Shown here one piece after another: positions 61,084-64,000 of a DNA stretch of 64,000 nt. Made by a program: the position numbers and the translations under genes. Source of the DNA: Epithemia pelagica. Taxonomy: Eukaryota > Protista > Bacillariophyta. The notes beneath the pieces were generated by a model. It ran no database searches. It was not told where the DNA came from and saw nothing but the letters and a program-made list of their open reading frames with translations. Within the stretch, counting starts at the first letter, position 1. Each line of letters begins with the position of its first letter. Location of the stretch: NCBI GenBank assembly GCA_946965045.2, contig OX337229.1:3596001-3660000 (forward strand), in the 5' to 3' direction.

Positions 61084-64000
61084 ATGATGCAGTCGTCGGC
61101 GGAGTATCGGAAGCGCCGACAAAGCTTTATGGGGCCACATGAAGAGAATAAAGTGGTTCAAAATAGATACCGAAGAAAGACTCTGGCCGGTTCCATGTCA
61201 GACAAGGAAAACGGAGTTCTAGCTCGTGCTCCCTCTACTTCATCAGGGGAAAACGACACTCCTCTCAAAATGGATCCTTCTCACTCTTTAGAGAAAGCAC
61301 CAAGGGAGGCACATAGTATAAAAAACTCTTACGATGTCGCTGAAACGCCCTCAAAAACTCCTTCCAGGTCTCATCGTCATCGCACGCGGCTTCCGGAGTC
61401 CACATCGGGTTTCTACTTCAAGGGTCTCGCAAAGCCATCAGCAGAATCCAGTTTTGAGGCTGTTTCCGTGTACGACGGGTCCGCTGATGCTGCGGAGACA
61501 AGCTTCATAAGCCGAGCTTCTACCAGCAGCGGTAGCGAGAGTGAAGATATGCTTAATAAAAGTGTATTGAGTGACACAACCGAGCTCACAGCCTCCAATT
61601 TTGTTCTAACAACAAGTTCGAAGCAAAGATTTCACTGGCAATCTAATATTGCTCATCAAAATTCTACAGCGGCTGATGGGAACGCTGCACAGAAAGACAA
61701 CATGGAAGCAAGACTGGAACGTAATGATGAACATTCAGCTGTAAGTTCACATTATACCTCAAGACCACCATTGAGTTCAATTATCCGTGATGAAAGTCGA
61801 AGACACACATTGGGCCAACAACTTCATTCCACATTTCATGACAAGAAGGATGATGTCTCAATGGAGGGGCAAAACGATGCTCGACGGGAATCCTGGCATG
61901 GTCCGTCACCTCCCAATAATGGTGAATCATCCGATATTCAAGAAAAAACGAAGCGTCTCCTCACCAATCTGAGGTCACGGAAGAAAGAACGGGCACAACT
62001 TTTTTCTCGTCTTTCCACCGCAAGCAGCAATCTTTCGATCGACGATCAGTCACCACTTAGGCTTGGCACCATACATTCCACCATCCAAGGGGTTTCTAGC
62101 CCAGCATTAATTGAGAACAACCGTATCGTGACAAAGGGACAATTCCCGTCAATGGCGCCAACCGACACGAAAGGCGAAGATCATAGCAGCCCTGGCAAGA
62201 CCGATACAACACTCCTCAAAACTATGAATCCGAGTGAAAGTAAAATACATGGGACAGCAGATACTCCCTTGAGCCGAAACACCGCGACCTCCGATGACAT
62301 GAGAATTCTTGATCTTGACATGACGTCTACAGACGACACTGAGTCGTTTGTATCAACAGAATATAAGAGACAATCAAATGTAGGAAAGTCTCCAGCAGGT
62401 GTTCCCAACGAGCTGAAAGACCCGGTCTCCGATCCAATCATCAATACCACTGAACCATCTCAATCAGAGTCCAACCGAGATGCCATGCAAGACGACTACT
62501 TCATGGGTAAGAGAACTTCCATTCAAGCAGGTGAAGGAAAACATGGTTCTGGACTCACGGAAATAACCCACGAAAGGCCGAGAGCAAATGAAAATGATAC
62601 TCTCGATCCAGACGTTTTCAATCTAAATGAAACGATGAATGAATCATCAGACGTCAGCTCTTTTGACCTACGCTCACCGGAGTCGGCCTTTGTTGCTCGG
62701 GCAACCCGAGAAAAGAAGGAATCAGACTCACTTGAAAGAGCCCTTGGTACCAAATCCGCTCCAACGTCGTCGAAAGCAACATTACCCATCACAGAGGAAC
62801 AAATTCAAGAAGCCGGTCATCTTGAAGACAACATTAAAACACATATTGAAGATCTTGGGCCCCACACCAATCCAACGGCCCAAGAAGAAAACACCGACGA
62901 CAAGGCTTTGAAAACAAAGAGAAAGCCAGAAAGCATGAATGAAAAAAAATTAAGCGCTACTGTCGACATCTCCAATGCCGATGACACTGTGAATGAGAGT
63001 GACCTGGACTTGTGGGCAACATCTCCCGCAGATGCGACAACTCATTCAGCAAAAGAAAACAATGACAGGGCCACTTCGCCGTCACGAAAAAGTGAAACGA
63101 AAAAGTCATCTGCAGAACGTGCTGAGTTGAATTCCGAATCATTTCATTTAGCTTCTGAAGAACCAACTTTGTCGGGATCGCCAGGATCAAGAGAATCGTT
63201 TCTGTCCGAAAGATCAGGTACGCGCACAACGGCGACGAGTGGCACAAAACTGACTCCAACGAAACTTAATGGGACACCTCGGCGTATCCCCAACCCTTCC
63301 GTAGATTCCCCAGCACGAAATACTCGAAGCCGTGTGGCCTTGAGGAAACAATTCGAAGATGATAAAGCCCAAAGTGATGACAAGGAAGAGAAGCAAGTCG
63401 TGGCGAATATAGAAGAAAGATCACCTGCACCAGCAGGTAGACTCAACTCTGATCGCGAGCAGGACGATGTTATCAAAGACGCAACAACTTCATTTTCTAG
63501 CATTCTCATGAATTCTTCGTTTCGTAAGGCTTCAAGTGTTCGGAAAGAAGGCGGTCCACGCAAATCTGTTGCGTTTGGTTCGCCGGAAATCCTCAAGTTC
63601 AACATATCTAGTCCACCCATGAGTGCCACTCCAATGCCAGGTAAATCTCGCCGAAAAACGTTGATGCCAGATGATACGGTCGAAATTGAGAGAGATATGA
63701 AGTCACTCCTTGAGAGCATTGATGACCCGAGCGCAGCTCCTCCCAACGTTCGCGGTTCTGGATTAGTTAGGGGCACGGAATTTTCACAGGGTGCACGACA
63801 ACAATCATTCATGGCAAATGCATCAGTCGAAATTGAGAGCGATGTGAATTCATCCCTCGATAATGCTGATGAAGAAGACACGGAAAGACACCTGGATACA
63901 AAACATCGCACGGCGTCAGACAAAATCTCAGCGGTCGACGAATCTGAAGAGGTGGAGAGTGATATGGACTTGTCAACGGAATCGCAAACCGAGACATCGT
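61084..64000 (+). CDS. Large disordered S/T/D/E-rich protein, partial (runs off window); possible KNL1/Spc105
   Basis: Manually translated and open from ATG 61084 to the window end (absent from the ORF track). Contains SSILM...RKSVAF (SILK/RVxF-like) followed by acidic repeats (TVEIERDM, SVEIESDV, EEVESDMDLS). Confidence 0.7.
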   Translation, partial: MMQSSAEYRKRRQSFMGPHEENKVVQNRYRRKTLAGSMSDKENGVLARAPSTSSGENDTPLKMDPSHSLEKAPREAHSIKNSYDVAETPSKTPSRSHRHRTRLPESTSGFYFKGLAKPSAESSFEAVSVYDGSADAAETSFISRASTSSGSESEDMLNKSVLSDTTELTASNFVLTTSSKQRFHWQSNIAHQNSTAADGNAAQKDNMEARLERNDEHSAVSSHYTSRPPLSSIIRDESRRHTLGQQLHSTFHDKKDDVSMEGQNDARRESWHGPSPPNNGESSDIQEKTKRLLTNLRSRKKERAQLFSRLSTASSNLSIDDQSPLRLGTIHSTIQGVSSPALIENNRIVTKGQFPSMAPTDTKGEDHSSPGKTDTTLLKTMNPSESKIHGTADTPLSRNTATSDDMRILDLDMTSTDDTESFVSTEYKRQSNVGKSPAGVPNELKDPVSDPIINTTEPSQSESNRDAMQDDYFMGKRTSIQAGEGKHGSGLTEITHERPRANENDTLDPDVFNLNETMNESSDVSSFDLRSPESAFVARATREKKESDSLERALGTKSAPTSSKATLPITEEQIQEAGHLEDNIKTHIEDLGPHTNPTAQEENTDDKALKTKRKPESMNEKKLSATVDISNADDTVNESDLDLWATSPADATTHSAKENNDRATSPSRKSETKKSSAERAELNSESFHLASEEPTLSGSPGSRESFLSERSGTRTTATSGTKLTPTKLNGTPRRIPNPSVDSPARNTRSRVALRKQFEDDKAQSDDKEEKQVVANIEERSPAPAGRLNSDREQDDVIKDATTSFSSILMNSSFRKASSVRKEGGPRKSVAFGSPEILKFNISSPPMSATPMPGKSRRKTLMPDDTVEIERDMKSLLESIDDPSAAPPNVRGSGLVRGTEFSQGARQQSFMANASVEIESDVNSSLDNADEEDTERHLDTKHRTASDKISAVDESEEVESDMDLSTESQTETS

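Overview
Gene-dense eukaryotic DNA, very probably a diatom nuclear genome. This is inferred from short GT-AG introns, a bipartite plastid-targeting peptide and diatom-type Copia elements. Host genes: SMU1, a TEX264-like GyrI protein, APC4, a small plastid/thylakoid membrane protein, RBM22, LSm6, a RING1-like ligase, a peroxisomal long-chain acyl-CoA synthetase, an alpha/beta hydrolase, threonine synthase, RPL22, a CDF transporter, a TXNDC9/phosducin-like protein, an ankyrin-TRP-like channel, a coiled-coil protein, PGM3, a GAF/histidine-kinase-like/double-receiver protein, a GT8-like glycosyltransferase, an LRR protein, and a large ORF running off the end (possible KNL1). About 21 kb is mobile DNA. 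(1) A PIF/Harbinger-like DNA transposon (25923-39668; 30-bp TIRs, CAG TSD) carries four ORFs and same-orientation GGAAACA arrays at both ends. (2) Nested in it is an intact, very young Copia element (29421-37804; LTRs identical by eye, ATTGG TSD) with an extra ORF upstream of gag and a primer site resembling the complement of a tRNA-Asn anticodon arm. (3) A decayed Copia element (44398-51264) has an in-frame gag stop codon embedded in a perfect hairpin. (4) A 595-bp MITE has a 9-bp TSD. An 8-mer, TACTCCTA/TAGGAGTA, was found 12 times, always in intergenic DNA, and is a candidate promoter element. All calls come from reading the sequence; no database search was run.
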